From Alphaproteobacteria bacterium (lineage in GTDB: Bacteria > Pseudomonadota > Alphaproteobacteria > UBA828): a stretch of DNA of 64,000 bases. Numbering within the stretch: position 1 is the stretch's first letter; each line of letters opens with the position of its first letter. Below the pieces are notes generated by a model, which was given only the letters and a program-made list of their open reading frames with translations, did not search any database and was not told where the DNA came from. Position numbers and translations under genes: made by a program. Positions 9,321 to 21,391 of the stretch are shown piece by piece. Location of the stretch: the NCBI GenBank assembly GCA_965221125.1, contig CBDCRW010000005.1, forward strand, positions 512,001-576,000. Direction: 5' to 3'.

Positions 9321-9444
9321 CGGTCCATTCCGGTCTATGCCGGCCCAAAGTGGTCCAAAGTGGCCGAAGGTGGTCCAAAACGAGCGGCCCAAAGTGGCCC
9401 AAAGTGGCGCAAGGCGGCTCATGGTGGCCCAAGCTGGCCCGTCC
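9321..9444. repeat. Array of 12 degenerate 10-bp units, consensus YGGYCCAAAG
   Basis: Six units at 9321-9380, a 4-nt insert (CGAG), then six units at 9385-9444. Confidence 0.85.
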
Positions 9445-9705
9445 CGGCGGCGGCAGGGGGCCGCGGGACGAGCGCCCGGCGACGAGCCAGCTCCCCCGAG
9501 CCGCTCCGGCCCGACTCCCCCTGACGTGCGACGGTCTGCGCGCTGCATCCGCAGAGCCTGCCCCCACCAAGCGGCCCTGTGCACCGCACCATGGTCCGGG
9601 GTATCGGAGAGTGCCGGGCACGGAGCTCATTAGTTAGCACGACATCTAATCGTGAGGAGATAGCGCTAACACATTGAAATACCTGCGGAAAGGCGCGCCC
9701 AGTCC

Positions 9706-10625
<920 letters not shown>

Positions 10626-10629
<4 letters not shown>

Positions 10630-11489
10630 GCTGCGCTCTCCCTCTCGCTTCGCTCGCGGCGCAGCAGCTCGCCCGCGAGGTGGGCGTAGGCCTGCGCGCC
10701 GGGGCAGCGGAAATCGTGGAGCAAAACAGGAACGCCGTAGGACGGCGCCTCTGAAACCCGCACGTTGCGCGGGATGATGGTCTCGTACACCGCATCGCCC
10801 AGGTGGGTCCGCACGTCGTCCCGCACCTGGGCCGAGAGATTGTTCCGCTTGTCGTACATGGTGAGCACCACGCCCTGGACCCGGAGCGCCGGATTGAAGG
10901 CGATGCGCACGCGGTCGACGATGCTGAGTACCTGGCTCAGGCCCTCCAGCGCCAGGAACTCGCACTGCAGCGGCACCAGCACCGAATCCGCCGCGACCAG
11001 CGCGTTCACCGTCAGCATGCCGAGAGAAGGCGGGCAATCGATCAGCACGTACTCCGGCCCGTCGCCCTGCGCGAGCGCCGGCGCCAGCGCCAGCGCCTCC
11101 TTCAGGCAGTGCTGCGGGCGCGGGCTCTGGGACAGCTCGATCTCGGCGGCGGCGAGGTCGCGGGTCGCCGGCACGACCGCGAGCCCCGGAACGGGCGTCG
11201 TGCGCCGGGCCTCGGCAAGTGGTGCGCCCTGGAGCAGCCCGTAGCTGCCGGGCACGCGGTCCGCTTGCGCGATGCCGAGGCCGGTGCTGGCGTTCCCCTG
11301 CGGATCGAGATCGAGGAGCAGCACCGGGTGCCCGGCGGCGGCGAGCGCCGTGCCGAGGTTGATGGCGGTGGTGGTCTTGCCGACGCCGCCCTTCTGGTTC
11401 GCGACCGCGATGATGCGGGGCCGCGCCGCCGGGGCCGCCACGTCCTCCGCCTCCGCTATGCCGGTCTCAAGCGCGGCGGCGTTCGACAT
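10626..11489 (-). CDS. parA: Chromosome partitioning ATPase ParA
   Basis: [52 protein letters not shown]. Confidence 0.97.
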
Positions 11490-12093
11490 CGCTGATCCTC
11501 AATATGCGCGCCTCCGCCGCTGTGCGGCTGGGGACGATCTCCGCCCGGAAATCCCACCGGCGTCGCGCCTCCTCCAGCTCGCTCCGGTAGCGGCGCCCCT
11601 TCGGGAATATACAATATGTATGGGGTTCCAGCACGGGGAAAACCAGACCTAGCAATTCCACCAGCGGCGCGCAGGCGCGGGCGACGATCGTGCCGGCCGG
11701 GCTAAGCGCGGCCTGCACCTGCTTGTCTTCGAGCCGGCCCTCGATCACGTCGACGGCGGTGCCCGTGGCGTCCGCGACCTCGCGGAGGAAGGCGCAGCGC
11801 TTGCCGTTGGCCTCGACGAGCGAATAGCGCCGCCCGCCGTCCATGATCGCAAGCACCATGCCGGGAAACCCGGCGCCGCTGCCGACATCAACCGTGTGGC
11901 CGCTCGAATCGTCGGCGAGCAGGGGGGCGAGCTGCGCGGAATCGAGGAAGTGCCGGGTCCAGAGCGCCGGCAGAGAGGCGGCCGAGACCAGGTTCGTGCG
12001 CCGCTGCCGGCGCCGGAGCAGGGCTTCGTAGATCTCGAGCCGCTCGCGTGTTTCACGTGAAACATCGCGCCGGAAGGCCTCGCCCGGCTCCAT
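11467..12093 (-). CDS. rsmG: 16S rRNA m7G527 methyltransferase
   Basis: [36 protein letters not shown]. Located between mnmG and parA. Confidence 0.95.
   Translation of the reverse strand: MEPGEAFRRDVSRETRERLEIYEALLRRRQRRTNLVSAASLPALWTRHFLDSAQLAPLLADDSSGHTVDVGSGAGFPGMVLAIMDGGRRYSLVEANGKRCAFLREVADATGTAVDVIEGRLEDKQVQAALSPAGTIVARACAPLVELLGLVFPVLEPHTYCIFPKGRRYRSELEEARRRWDFRAEIVPSRTAAEARILRISDVERRRA
12049..12064. promoter_or_regulatory. parS: parS centromere site
   Basis: Perfect canonical palindrome TGTTTCACGTGAAACA, inside the 5' end of rsmG. Confidence 0.95.
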
Positions 12094-12098
12094 CCGGC

Positions 12099-14000
12099 CT
12101 AGCCGCGCCCGGCCTCCGCCGTGTTCTTGCGCACATCCGCCTTGCGCACGTGGGCGAGCAGCGCCGTCAGCGCCGCCGGGGTCACGCCCGGCACGCGCCC
12201 CGCCGCCCCCAGCGTCGCCGGCCGCGCGGCGGAGAGACGCTGGCGCATCTCGTGGGAGAGGCCCCCCACCCGGTCGAAGCGGAGGTCGCCCGGCAGCCTC
12301 AACGCCTCGTCCCGGCGGAAGGCGGCGATGTCCGCCTCCTGCCGCTCGACGTAGCCCCGGTAGTGGGCGTCGTTCTCCAGCGCCTGGGCGATCTCCGGCG
12401 GGAGCGCGCCCACCGCCGGCCAGAGCGCCGCGAGCGTCTCCAGCGTCACGTCGGGATAGCCGATCAGCGCGCGCGCCGTCCGCCTGCGCCCGTCCCGGTT
12501 CGCCGCGATTCCGTGGCGCCGCAGCACGTCGGGCGTGGCGTCGAGGGAATCAAGCAGGCGCTCGGCCTCGGCCAGCGCCGCGCTCTTGGCGGCGAAGCGC
12601 CGCGCCCGTTCGCCGCCGACGCAGCCGGCCTCGATCCCGCGCCCGGTGAGGCGGCGGTCGGCATTGTCCGGGCGCAGCCGCAGCCTGTATTCGGCACGGG
12701 AGGAGAACATGCGGTAGGGCTCGCTCACCCCCTGCGTGACGAGGTCGTCGATCAGCACGCCAATGTAGCCCTCGGTCCGGTCGAGCGTGAACGGCCCGCT
12801 GCCTGCCGCCGCCCGCGCGGCGTTGATGCCGGCGACGATGCCCTGCGCCGCGGCTTCCTCGTAGCCGGTGGTGCCGTTGATCTGGCCTGCGAGATAGAGG
12901 CCGCGCGCCCGTACTGTCTCCAGCGCTGGGCTCAGCTCGCGCGGGTCCACGTGGTCGTACTCGATGGCGTAGCCGGGCCTAAGGATCGCCGCCCGCTCCA
13001 GCCCCGGAATCGTCGCGACCAGCGCCCGCTGCACGTCCTCCGGCAGCGCGGTGGAGATCCCGTTGGGATAGACCGTGTGGTCGTCAAGCCCCTCCGGCTC
13101 AAGGAAAATCTGGTGCGAGGCGCGGTCCGCGAAGCGCACCACCTTGTCCTCGATGGAGGGGCAGTAGCGGGGCCCGCGGCTCTCGATCGCGCCCGAGTAC
13201 ATGGGGGAGCGCGAAAGGTTGCGGCGGATCAGGTGGTGGCCCTCGGGCCCCGTCGCCGTGATGTGGCAACGCACCTGCGTGCGCCGGATCGCGCCGGTCA
13301 AGAACGAGAACGGCTCCGGCGGCCGGTCGCCCTCCTGCGCTTGCAACCCTGCCCAGTCGATGGTGCGGCCATCGAGCCGGGGCGGCGTGCCCGTCTTCAG
13401 CCGGCCGAGGCGGAAGCCGAGCCGTTCCAGCGTGAGCGCGAGGCCCGTCGCCGGCGCATCGCCGACGCGGCCCGCCGGGATCTGCCGCTCGCCGATGTGA
13501 ATGAGCCCGCGCAGGAAGGTGCCGGTGGTGAGCACCACCTGCGAAGCCGGGATGAGCGTGCCGTCCCCCAGCGCCACGCCCCGCACGCAGGGCTTGCCGT
13601 CCGCGCCCTTCTGGAGCGCCAGGTCCTCGACCGTGCCCTCGCGGATCGTGAGGTTGGGCTGGGTTGCGAGCGCCGCCTGCATGGCCGCGCGGTAGAGCGC
13701 GCGGTCCTGCTGCGCCCGGGGCCCGCGCACCGCCGGCCCCTTGCTGCGGTTGAGCACGCGGAACTGGATGCCCGCCTCGTCGGCGATGCGGCCCATCAGC
13801 CCGTCGAGCGCGTCCACCTCGCGCACCAGCGTGCCCTTGGCGAGCCCGCCGATGGCGGGATTGCAGGACATCGCGCCGATGGTCTCGCGCTTCTGGGTGA
13901 CGAGCAGGGTCGCCGCGCCCACGCGCGCTGCCGCCGCTGCCGCCTCGCAGCCTGCGTGGCCGCCCCCGATCACGATGACATCGAAACGCTCGCGGCCCAT
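12099..14000 (-). CDS. mnmG: tRNA U34 carboxymethylaminomethyl modification enzyme MnmG (GidA)
   Basis: [63 protein letters not shown]. Confidence 0.98.
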   Translation of the reverse strand: MGRERFDVIVIGGGHAGCEAAAAAARVGAATLLVTQKRETIGAMSCNPAIGGLAKGTLVREVDALDGLMGRIADEAGIQFRVLNRSKGPAVRGPRAQQDRALYRAAMQAALATQPNLTIREGTVEDLALQKGADGKPCVRGVALGDGTLIPASQVVLTTGTFLRGLIHIGERQIPAGRVGDAPATGLALTLERLGFRLGRLKTGTPPRLDGRTIDWAGLQAQEGDRPPEPFSFLTGAIRRTQVRCHITATGPEGHHLIRRNLSRSPMYSGAIESRGPRYCPSIEDKVVRFADRASHQIFLEPEGLDDHTVYPNGISTALPEDVQRALVATIPGLERAAILRPGYAIEYDHVDPRELSPALETVRARGLYLAGQINGTTGYEEAAAQGIVAGINAARAAAGSGPFTLDRTEGYIGVLIDDLVTQGVSEPYRMFSSRAEYRLRLRPDNADRRLTGRGIEAGCVGGERARRFAAKSAALAEAERLLDSLDATPDVLRRHGIAANRDGRRRTARALIGYPDVTLETLAALWPAVGALPPEIAQALENDAHYRGYVERQEADIAAFRRDEALRLPGDLRFDRVGGLSHEMRQRLSAARPATLGAAGRVPGVTPAALTALLAHVRKADVRKNTAEAGRG

Positions 14001-14082
14001 GGCCGCCCTCCCGGCCGTCATCCCGGCCCGGCTCCAACGAACGCCGCACCCTATAGGGCAGACGCGCGCGCCCGTAAAGCGC

Positions 14083-15417
14083 CTACTTGCCGATGCAGAA
14101 GTCGCGGAAGACGAGGTCGAGCACCGCCTCGACGTCGACCCGCCCGGTGATGCGGCCAAGCGCGCAGGCCGCGAGCCTGAGCTCTTCCGCCAGCCGCTCG
14201 TCCGCCGGGCCGTCGATGGCGCGCACCAGCGCGTCGCGGCATTCCATGACCGCCGCTCGGTGCCGGGCGCGGGTCATCGTCGGCGCGCCGCCTGCCGGGT
14301 AGCGCCGTGCGATCTCGTCGGTCAGCGCTTCGAGCAAGCCGTCGATGCCGGCGCCGGTGAGGCAGGAGACCCCGCGCGCCGGATGGTCCGCGATGACGGC
14401 AGGGGCGGGGCCTGCGAGGAGGTCGGTCTTGTTCAGCACCGCGAGCGCGCCCGCGCCCAGCAGCGCGACGCTCTGCGGATCGGCGTCGGGCCAGCGCGCG
14501 CCGTCGAAGACCACCAGCGAGAGGTCCGCGCTTGCGGCACGCGCCAGCGCGCGGCGCACGCCTTCGCTCTCGATCTCGTCGCCGCTCTCGCGCAGGCCCG
14601 CGGTATCGGCGAGGGTGAGAGGCCAGCCGCCAAGGTCGAGCCGCACCTCGACCACGTCGCGGGTGGTGCCCGCGCGGGTCGAGACGATGGCCGCGTCCCG
14701 TCCCGCCAACCTGTTGAGAAGGCTTGATTTTCCCGCATTCGGCGCGCCCACGATAGCGATGCAGAAGCCCTCCCGCAGGCGCTCGCCCCGGCGCGCGTCG
14801 TCGAGGTGCGCCGCGATCTCGCCCGCCAGCGCCGCAAGGCCCGGCGCCGCCGCCGCCATCGGGTCCTCGCCCAGCTCCTGGTCGGAGAAATCGATGGCGG
14901 CCTCGACGTTGGCCCGGAGCGCCATCAACCGCTCGCGCCAGCCGTCGTAGAGCCGATGCAGCCCGCCATCCATCTGGGCCAGCGCCTGGCGCCGCTGGGC
15001 CTCGGTCTCGGCCGCCACCAGGTCGGCGATCCCCTCGGCCTCGGTGAGGTCGAGCCGGCCGGCCTCGAAGGCGCGCCGGGTGAACTCGCCGGGCTCGGCG
15101 GGGCGCAGGCCGGGCACGCCTGCGAGCGCGTCGGTGAGCGCGGCGAGGACGGCAGGCCCGCCGTGGACGTGGAATTCCGCCATGTCCTCGCCGGTAGCGC
15201 TGCCCGGCGCCGGCAGCCAGAGCGCGAGCCCCCGGTCGATGGCCTCGCCCGTCTCCGGCCGGCGGAAGCGGCGCAGCGCAGCCCGGCGCGCCTCAGGCAG
15301 CGGCACGCCGCCGATCCGCGCGAGCGCGTCGCCGGCAGCGGGGCCCGAGACCCGGACCACCGCGATGGCAGCGCGAGCGCCCCCGCTCGACAGCGCGAAG
15401 ATGGTCTCGCCGGTCAT
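14083..15417 (-). CDS. mnmE: tRNA modification GTPase MnmE
   Basis: [31 protein letters not shown]-terminal FCIGK. Confidence 0.97.
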   Translation of the reverse strand: MTGETIFALSSGGARAAIAVVRVSGPAAGDALARIGGVPLPEARRAALRRFRRPETGEAIDRGLALWLPAPGSATGEDMAEFHVHGGPAVLAALTDALAGVPGLRPAEPGEFTRRAFEAGRLDLTEAEGIADLVAAETEAQRRQALAQMDGGLHRLYDGWRERLMALRANVEAAIDFSDQELGEDPMAAAAPGLAALAGEIAAHLDDARRGERLREGFCIAIVGAPNAGKSSLLNRLAGRDAAIVSTRAGTTRDVVEVRLDLGGWPLTLADTAGLRESGDEIESEGVRRALARAASADLSLVVFDGARWPDADPQSVALLGAGALAVLNKTDLLAGPAPAVIADHPARGVSCLTGAGIDGLLEALTDEIARRYPAGGAPTMTRARHRAAVMECRDALVRAIDGPADERLAEELRLAACALGRITGRVDVEAVLDLVFRDFCIGK

Positions 15418-15466
15418 GGTCTGGGGATCTCCGCCGCACGAGGCCCTGCGGCAGGCCGGCGCCGGA

Positions 15467-15862
15467 TCAGGAGGCGGCGACCGCCGCCTGGCCGGGTCCC
15501 TCGGAATCCTCGGCCTCGTCGGGGAACGGCTGGTCCGGCATCAGCATGAGCCGCTCGACCCGGCCGCCCCTCACCAGGTGGGTCTCGATGATCTCGTCCA
15601 CGTCCGCCACCGTCTTGACCGCGTACCAGACGCCTTCGGGGTAGATCACCATGGTCGGCCCGAACTCGCAGCGGTCGAGGCACTGGCTCGCGTTGATGCG
15701 CACGTCGGAAAGGCCGCGCTGCTTGGCTCTGGCCTTCATGTGGGCGCGGAGCTTGACCGAGTCCTTCGCGCTGCAGCAGCCGCGCGGGTGGCCCGGCGCG
15801 CGCTCGTTGACGCAGCAGAAGACGTGGCGCCGGTAGTAGAGCGGCGGGTCCGCCCGGCTCAT
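15467..15862 (-). CDS. Thioredoxin-like [2Fe-2S] ferredoxin
   Basis: HVFCCVNER..HPRGCC, SQCLDRCEFGPTMVIYPEGVWY. Confidence 0.9.
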   Translation of the reverse strand: MSRADPPLYYRRHVFCCVNERAPGHPRGCCSAKDSVKLRAHMKARAKQRGLSDVRINASQCLDRCEFGPTMVIYPEGVWYAVKTVADVDEIIETHLVRGGRVERLMLMPDQPFPDEAEDSEGPGQAAVAAS

Positions 15863-16131
15863 CCCCCGCCGCCTCCGCTTCTCTCCTTGGGCGCGCCGCC
15901 GCTGGCCTGCCCAAAACCTTCCCAGAAGGCCTGCTGCATGGCCTCGAAGCCCTTGAGCCCGCCCGGCAGCCACGTCTTCATCAAGGTCTCTGCGTCGATG
16001 CTGCCGACGGCGTCGGCGATGCGGTCTTCCAGGCCCTTGGCCATGGCCGCGTGCGCCGCCGTCAGGTCCGGCATCCCGCAGAAGGCCCGCGCTTCCTCCG
16101 GCGTGCAGTCGATCTCGATCTTGACCTTCAT
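15859..16131 (-). CDS. DUF6489-like conserved hypothetical protein
   Basis: MKVKIEIDCTPEEARAFCGMPD N-terminus. Usual neighbour of mnmE in alphaproteobacteria. Confidence 0.82.
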   Translation of the reverse strand: MKVKIEIDCTPEEARAFCGMPDLTAAHAAMAKGLEDRIADAVGSIDAETLMKTWLPGGLKGFEAMQQAFWEGFGQASGGAPKERSGGGGG

Positions 16132-16305
16132 GGTGGCCTCGCTCGCAGCGCCTCTCTCGGTCGCCCGACGGCCGCGACCATACTCCGCTGCTAGGCGCTT
16201 GAACAGCTTCCATCTTCCCGTGGTGGGTTACTTTGAAATCGCCCATTTGCGATGAGTGACCGGACGCTCGGTCTTGCCATCAAGCTGTTCATGCATCATA
16301 TGCTG

Positions 16306-16334
16306 TTGACAACCGACCAAGCATCAATTATTAT
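16306..16334 (+). promoter_or_regulatory. Sigma70 promoter of the Fic gene
   Basis: TTGACA (16306), 17-nt spacer, TATTAT (16329). Confidence 0.7.
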
Positions 16335-16357
16335 TTGATTGTACATCAGTTGCACAA

Positions 16358-17538
16358 TGGAAATGATCATGCTGTTCACATATCGTTCTCTGGATGACGA
16401 AGAGAAGCGGGTTGAGGAGGCGACGGCTCACCTGCGAGTAGACCTACGCAGATACGTCACAACGGAACCGCGACGTTGGACGGGTTTGCTCGCCCGTATG
16501 ACTCGGGCGCGCGCCCTTGCTGCATCGAACAGCGTGGAAGGTATCAATGTGTCTGATGATGATGCCATCGCCGCAATCGATCGTGAAGACCCGGCCAACA
16601 CTGACCGTGAAACATGGCAGGCTGTCACGGGCTACCGGGAGGCAATGGACTACATCCTCCAGCGCCGCCAGAGCCCAGCCTTTAGGATCACAGAGGACGT
16701 GCTCCTGACCGTCCATTTCATGATTTGCCAGTCAGATTGGAATGCAAATCCGGGTCAGTATCGCCCGGGATGGATTGGCGTGAGAAACACCAGCACCGGT
16801 GAATTGGTACATGAAGGAGTAGATCGCGACGACTTAGAGGCCCTTATCGATGAGCTTCTTCACTACGTAAATGATGGCGAGGTCGAATCGACCTTCCTAC
16901 GCGCGGCTATGACGCACCTAAACCTGACATTGCTGCATCCGTTCAAGGACGGCAACGGTCGAACCGCTAGGTGCATCCACACCGCAGTGTTGGCAAGCGA
17001 TGGGATTGTCGCGCCAGCGTTTTCGTCAATTGAGGAATACATCGGCCGCAATCAACAGGGATATTATGACGTTCTGACGGAGGTCGGCGGGGGCTCGTGG
17101 CAACCCGTGCGCAATGCCAAGCCATGGGTACGTTTCTGCCTGACCGGTCACTATGTGCAAGCGCGAACCCTTGTTCGCCGGATGCGAGAGTTGGAAAGGC
17201 TTTATACGGAGCTGACAGAACTAGTAACCACAAACGGGCTTCCCGACCGCATGGCCATGGCACTACTCCAGGCCGCCTTTGGTACGCGAGTTAGAAACTC
17301 CTCGTATCGGGTGAGCGCTGACTTGTCCAAGAATCTCGCCAGCCGAGATCTAAAGGAACTCGTAGACGCCAAGTTTCTCGTCCCGGAAGGTCAAAAGCGT
17401 GGCCGCTTCTACAATGCGGCTCCCATAGTGGCAGAGATTCGCCAGAAGGTACGTCTTCCCAAGAATATAGAAGATCCTTTTGGGAAAGATGGGCCGGCTC
17501 GGGCTCCTCAGAGCAGCCTTTTCCCGGAGATTGATTGA
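16358..17538 (+). CDS. Fic family AMPylase (class II) with probable C-terminal HTH
   Basis: HPFKDGNGRTAR catalytic motif, N-terminal SNSVEG inhibitory motif, ASRDLKELV..GRFY wHTH-like end. GC lower than flanks. Start uncertain (16339-16369). Confidence 0.9.
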
Positions 17539-17820
17539 GTGTGCGTCTCCTGCGGCCAGCATTTCTCGATGCACGGTCCGCCCATTTGCGTGGCGAGTCG
17601 GTCCATGGGGCGGGGTCGTCTCGGTCCTGCGGTATTTTGAGTGGGGTCCGGCATACCCCTAGCCGTTAGACACGAGTCTAGTACCGGAAGATTCGAACTG
17701 ACTTAATTCCTCGCTCACCGGGACCTCCCCCCGCACTGGCGGCGCGGCACGCCCCGCCCTATGCTCGGGCCCCACGGCCGCTCCCTTGCCACGCGCGGCC
17801 CGAACCAGACGGGAAGGGCC

Positions 17821-19857
17821 ATGAGCGAGAACCTGCTCGGCGCGGAAACCAGCCCCTATCTCATCCAGCACGCCGACAACCCCGTGCACTGGCGCCCCTG
17901 GGGGCCGGAGGCGCTGGCCGAGGCGAAGGAGGTCGACAAGCCGATCCTGCTCTCGGTCGGCTATTCCGCCTGCCACTGGTGCCACGTCATGGCGCACGAG
18001 AGCTTCGAGGACGACGAGACGGCGCAGCTGATGAACCGCCTCTTCGTTAACATCAAGGTGGACCGCGAGGAGCGCCCCGACCTCGACACCATCTACCAGC
18101 GCGCGCTCGCGCTCATGGGCCAGCAGGGGGGCTGGCCGCTCACCATGTTCCTCACGCCCGACGCCGAGCCCTTCTGGGGCGGCACCTACTTCCCGCTGGA
18201 GCCCCGCTTCGGCCGCCCCGGCTTCAAGGACGTGCTCCGCCTGATCGAGCAGACCTACCGCGGCGACCGCGAGAAAGTGGACAAAAACAGAACGGCGCTA
18301 GTTGAAGCGCTCCAGGGACTCGCCCGCAGCAAGCCCGGCGAGGCCATCGACGCGGCACAAATCGAGAACATGGCGCGCGCCTTGCTGCGCGAGGTCGACG
18401 GACGCCACGGCGGCATCGGCGGCGCGCCGAAGTTTCCGCAATGTTCCATGCTGGAGCTGCTCTGGCGCAGTTATCTCCGCTCCGAGTCGCAATTGATGAA
18501 AACCGCCGTCCTGCTCAGCATGGAGCGCATATGCCAGGGCGGCATCTACGACCACCTTGGCGGCGGCTTCGCCCGCTATTCCACCGACGAGCGCTGGCTC
18601 GCGCCCCACTTCGAGAAGATGCTCTACGACAACGCCCAGCTTCTCGACCTGCTCTGTCACGTCTGGCAGGAGACGGGCGAGCCGCTCTTCGCCGCCCGCG
18701 CGGCCGAGACCGTGGCCTGGGTGCTGCGCGAGATGCGCACGGGCGAGGGCGCGTTCGCGAGCGCGCTCGACGCCGATTCCGAGGGCGAGGAGGGCAAGTT
18801 CTACGTCTGGGACGAGGCCGAGATCGACGAGGTGCTGGGCGCGGACGCGGCCGACTTCAAGGCTGTCTACGACGTGACGCCGGGCGGCAACTGGGAGGGC
18901 AGGACGATCCTCAACCGGCTGCTCCCGCCCGGCACCGAGGACGCGCCGGACGAGGCCCGCCTCGCGACGCTCCGCGCGCCCCTGCTGGCGCGGCGCGCGG
19001 TCCGCGAGCGCCCCGGCTGGGACGACAAGGTGCTGGCCGACTGGAACGGCCTGATGATCGCGGCGCTCGCCAACGCCGCCATGGTATTCGGCGCGGACGC
19101 TTGGCTCGATGCGGCGGCCCAAGCCTTCGACTACGTCGCAGGCCCCATGGCGGCGGGCGAACGGCTCCGCCACGCGGCCCGCCACGGCCGCTCGAAGGAC
19201 GTGGAGTTCCTGGACGACTATGCGGAGATGGCCCGCGCCGCGCTGACGCTGGCGGAGGCGACGGGCGAGGGCGCTTACGTGGAACGCGCGCGCGGCTGGG
19301 TCGCGGTCCTCGACGCCCACTACTGGGACGCGGCCGAGGGCGGCTACTTCTACGCGCCGGACGACGGCGAGACCGCCATCAGCCGCACCAAGACCGCCCA
19401 CGACGCGGCGACGCCCGCCGGCAACGGCACCATGGTGGGCGTGCTCGCCCGCCTCCACCATCTCACCGGCGAGGCCGCCTACCGCGACCGGGCCGAGGCG
19501 CTGGAGAAGGCGTTCTCCGGCGAGCTGGAGCGCAACTTCTCGCCGCTCGCGACGCTCGCCAACAACAGCGAGGTGCTGCGCCGCGCGGTGCAGGTGGTGG
19601 TCTGCGGCGTGCGCGAGGACGCGGGGACGCAAGCGCTCGTCGATGCCGTCTACGCGACCAGCCTGCCCGACCGCGTGCTGACCCGGATCGCGCCCAAGGA
19701 TGCGCTGCCCTTGGGTCATCCCGCCTTCGGCAAGGGGCAGCACGAGGGCAAGGCCACGGCCTATGTCTGCGTGGGCCCGGTCTGCTCGCTGCCGGTGACC
19801 GATGCGGAGGCGCTCAAGGCCGCGCTCGCCGCCGCCCGCGCGCCGGCGGAAGGCTGA
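17821..19857 (+). CDS. YyaL/SPATA20-like thioredoxin-domain protein
   Basis: [60 protein letters not shown]. Confidence 0.94.
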   Translation: MSENLLGAETSPYLIQHADNPVHWRPWGPEALAEAKEVDKPILLSVGYSACHWCHVMAHESFEDDETAQLMNRLFVNIKVDREERPDLDTIYQRALALMGQQGGWPLTMFLTPDAEPFWGGTYFPLEPRFGRPGFKDVLRLIEQTYRGDREKVDKNRTALVEALQGLARSKPGEAIDAAQIENMARALLREVDGRHGGIGGAPKFPQCSMLELLWRSYLRSESQLMKTAVLLSMERICQGGIYDHLGGGFARYSTDERWLAPHFEKMLYDNAQLLDLLCHVWQETGEPLFAARAAETVAWVLREMRTGEGAFASALDADSEGEEGKFYVWDEAEIDEVLGADAADFKAVYDVTPGGNWEGRTILNRLLPPGTEDAPDEARLATLRAPLLARRAVRERPGWDDKVLADWNGLMIAALANAAMVFGADAWLDAAAQAFDYVAGPMAAGERLRHAARHGRSKDVEFLDDYAEMARAALTLAEATGEGAYVERARGWVAVLDAHYWDAAEGGYFYAPDDGETAISRTKTAHDAATPAGNGTMVGVLARLHHLTGEAAYRDRAEALEKAFSGELERNFSPLATLANNSEVLRRAVQVVVCGVREDAGTQALVDAVYATSLPDRVLTRIAPKDALPLGHPAFGKGQHEGKATAYVCVGPVCSLPVTDAEALKAALAAARAPAEG

Positions 19858-19862
19858 GGCCG

Positions 19863-20336
19863 ATGGCCGCCGCCCGCTGCACCATCGAGAGCCCCGTCGG
19901 CCCGCTCACAATCACCGCCACCGACGAGGTGATCACCCAAGTCGATTTTGGCGCTGGCGGCGGCGCCCGTCCCAACGCGGGCGTGCTGGCGGAGGCCGCG
20001 CGCCAGCTCACGGAGTATTTCGCCGGCGAGCGCCGCGAGTTCGCGTTGCCGCTTGCGCCCTCCGGCACGCCCTTTCGCCTCCGGGTGTGGGCGGCGATGC
20101 AGGCCATTCCCTACGGCCAGACGCGGAGCTACGGCGACCTCGCCCGTGCGCTCGACAGCGCGCCCCGCGCCATCGGCGGCGCCTGCGGGGCCAACCCCAT
20201 CCCCCTCGTCATCCCGTGCCACCGGGTCGTGGGCGCAGGCGGGGCGCTCGGCGGGTTCTCCGGCGGCGCCGGCTGTGATACCAAGCGCCAGCTTCTCGCG
20301 CTGGAACGCGCGCTTCCGCCGGCGGCTCCGGCCTGA
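19863..20336 (+). CDS. ogt: Methylated-DNA--protein-cysteine methyltransferase
   Basis: GTPFRLRVW, IPYGQTRSYG, NPIPLVIPCHRV active site. Confidence 0.93.
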   Translation: MAAARCTIESPVGPLTITATDEVITQVDFGAGGGARPNAGVLAEAARQLTEYFAGERREFALPLAPSGTPFRLRVWAAMQAIPYGQTRSYGDLARALDSAPRAIGGACGANPIPLVIPCHRVVGAGGALGGFSGGAGCDTKRQLLALERALPPAAPA

Positions 20337-20382
20337 GCCGGACGCGGCCGGGCGGGCACCCCCGAACAGGAAAGGGAGACAC

Positions 20383-21360
20383 ATGGTCAAGGCGGTTCGG
20401 ATGCACGAGGCCGGCGGGCCCGAGGTGCTGCACTACGAGGATGTGGCGCTGCCCGAGCCCGGCCCCGGCGAGGCGCTGGTGCGCCACGAGGCGATCGGCC
20501 TCAACTATATCGACGTCTACCACCGCACTGGCCTCTACCCGGTGCCCTCGCTTCCCTGGCCTATCGGCATGGAGGGCGCAGGCACGGTCGAGGCCGTGGG
20601 CGAGGGCGTCACCGAGGTCGCGCCCGGTGCGCGCGTCGCCTACGCCAGCCCGCCGCCGCCCGGCGCCTATTCTGAGGCCCGCGTGATGCCGGCAGGCTCG
20701 CTGGTCGAGCTGCCGGCCGACATCAGCTTCGAGCAGGGCGCGGCGATGATGCTGCAGGGCATGACGGTCGAGTACCTGATCCGCCGCACCTACCCGGTGA
20801 AGGCGGGCGAGACAGTGCTGGTGCACGCCGCCGCCGGCGGGGTCGGGCTGATCCAGTGCCAGTGGCTGAAGCACCTGGGCGCGACGGTGATCGGCACCGT
20901 GGGCTCGGAGGAGAAGGCGGAACTCGCCCGCGCCCACGGTTGCGACCACCCGGTTCAGTATCGGACCGAGGATTTCGCCGCGCGCGTGATGGAGATCACC
21001 GACGGGCAAGGCGTGCCGGTGGTCTACGATTCCATCGGCGCCGACACGCTGGAGGGCTCGCTCAACTGCCTCGCGCGGCTGGGAACGCTCGCGAGCTTCG
21101 GCAACGCGTCCGGCCCCATCACCGACTTCAACCTGGCCCGTCTTGCGCCCAAGAGCGCGTACATCACGCGGCCCACCCTCTTCGGCTACAACGCGACGCG
21201 GCCGGAGCTTGAGGAATCGGCCGGCGCGCTCTTCGACGTGGTGCGCTCGGGCGCGGTGAAGATCGAGATCCACCAGACCTACCCGCTGGCCGACGCCGCC
21301 CAGGCGCACCGCGACCTGGAGGCCCGCAAGACCACGGGCTCGACCATCCTGACCCCCTGA
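20383..21360 (+). CDS. qor: Quinone oxidoreductase
   Basis: GLNYIDVYHRTGLY, HAAAGGVG, VVYDSIG, SFGNASG, RKTTGS. AGGGAG RBS upstream. Confidence 0.92.
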   Translation: MVKAVRMHEAGGPEVLHYEDVALPEPGPGEALVRHEAIGLNYIDVYHRTGLYPVPSLPWPIGMEGAGTVEAVGEGVTEVAPGARVAYASPPPPGAYSEARVMPAGSLVELPADISFEQGAAMMLQGMTVEYLIRRTYPVKAGETVLVHAAAGGVGLIQCQWLKHLGATVIGTVGSEEKAELARAHGCDHPVQYRTEDFAARVMEITDGQGVPVVYDSIGADTLEGSLNCLARLGTLASFGNASGPITDFNLARLAPKSAYITRPTLFGYNATRPELEESAGALFDVVRSGAVKIEIHQTYPLADAAQAHRDLEARKTTGSTILTP

Positions 21361-21391
21361 CCGGCGGCGGAGCGCCGCGCCGCAGCGGCCG

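Noticed and set aside
9321-9444. Possible CRISPR array
   Set aside because: Units are 10 bp and contiguous with no unique spacers. No cas genes are in the window.
9156-9640. Short ORFs over the decamer array (e.g. PKWPKVAQSG repeats)
   Set aside because: A 10-bp period gives similar peptides in all frames, with no RBS or codon bias, so the repeat is better explained at DNA level.
11590-11660. Short AT-richer patch in rsmG (similar patches at ~9030-9070 and ~18280-18540)
   Set aside because: Too short to call as recombination. It could be an internal promoter for parA, but no clear -35/-10 pair was identified.
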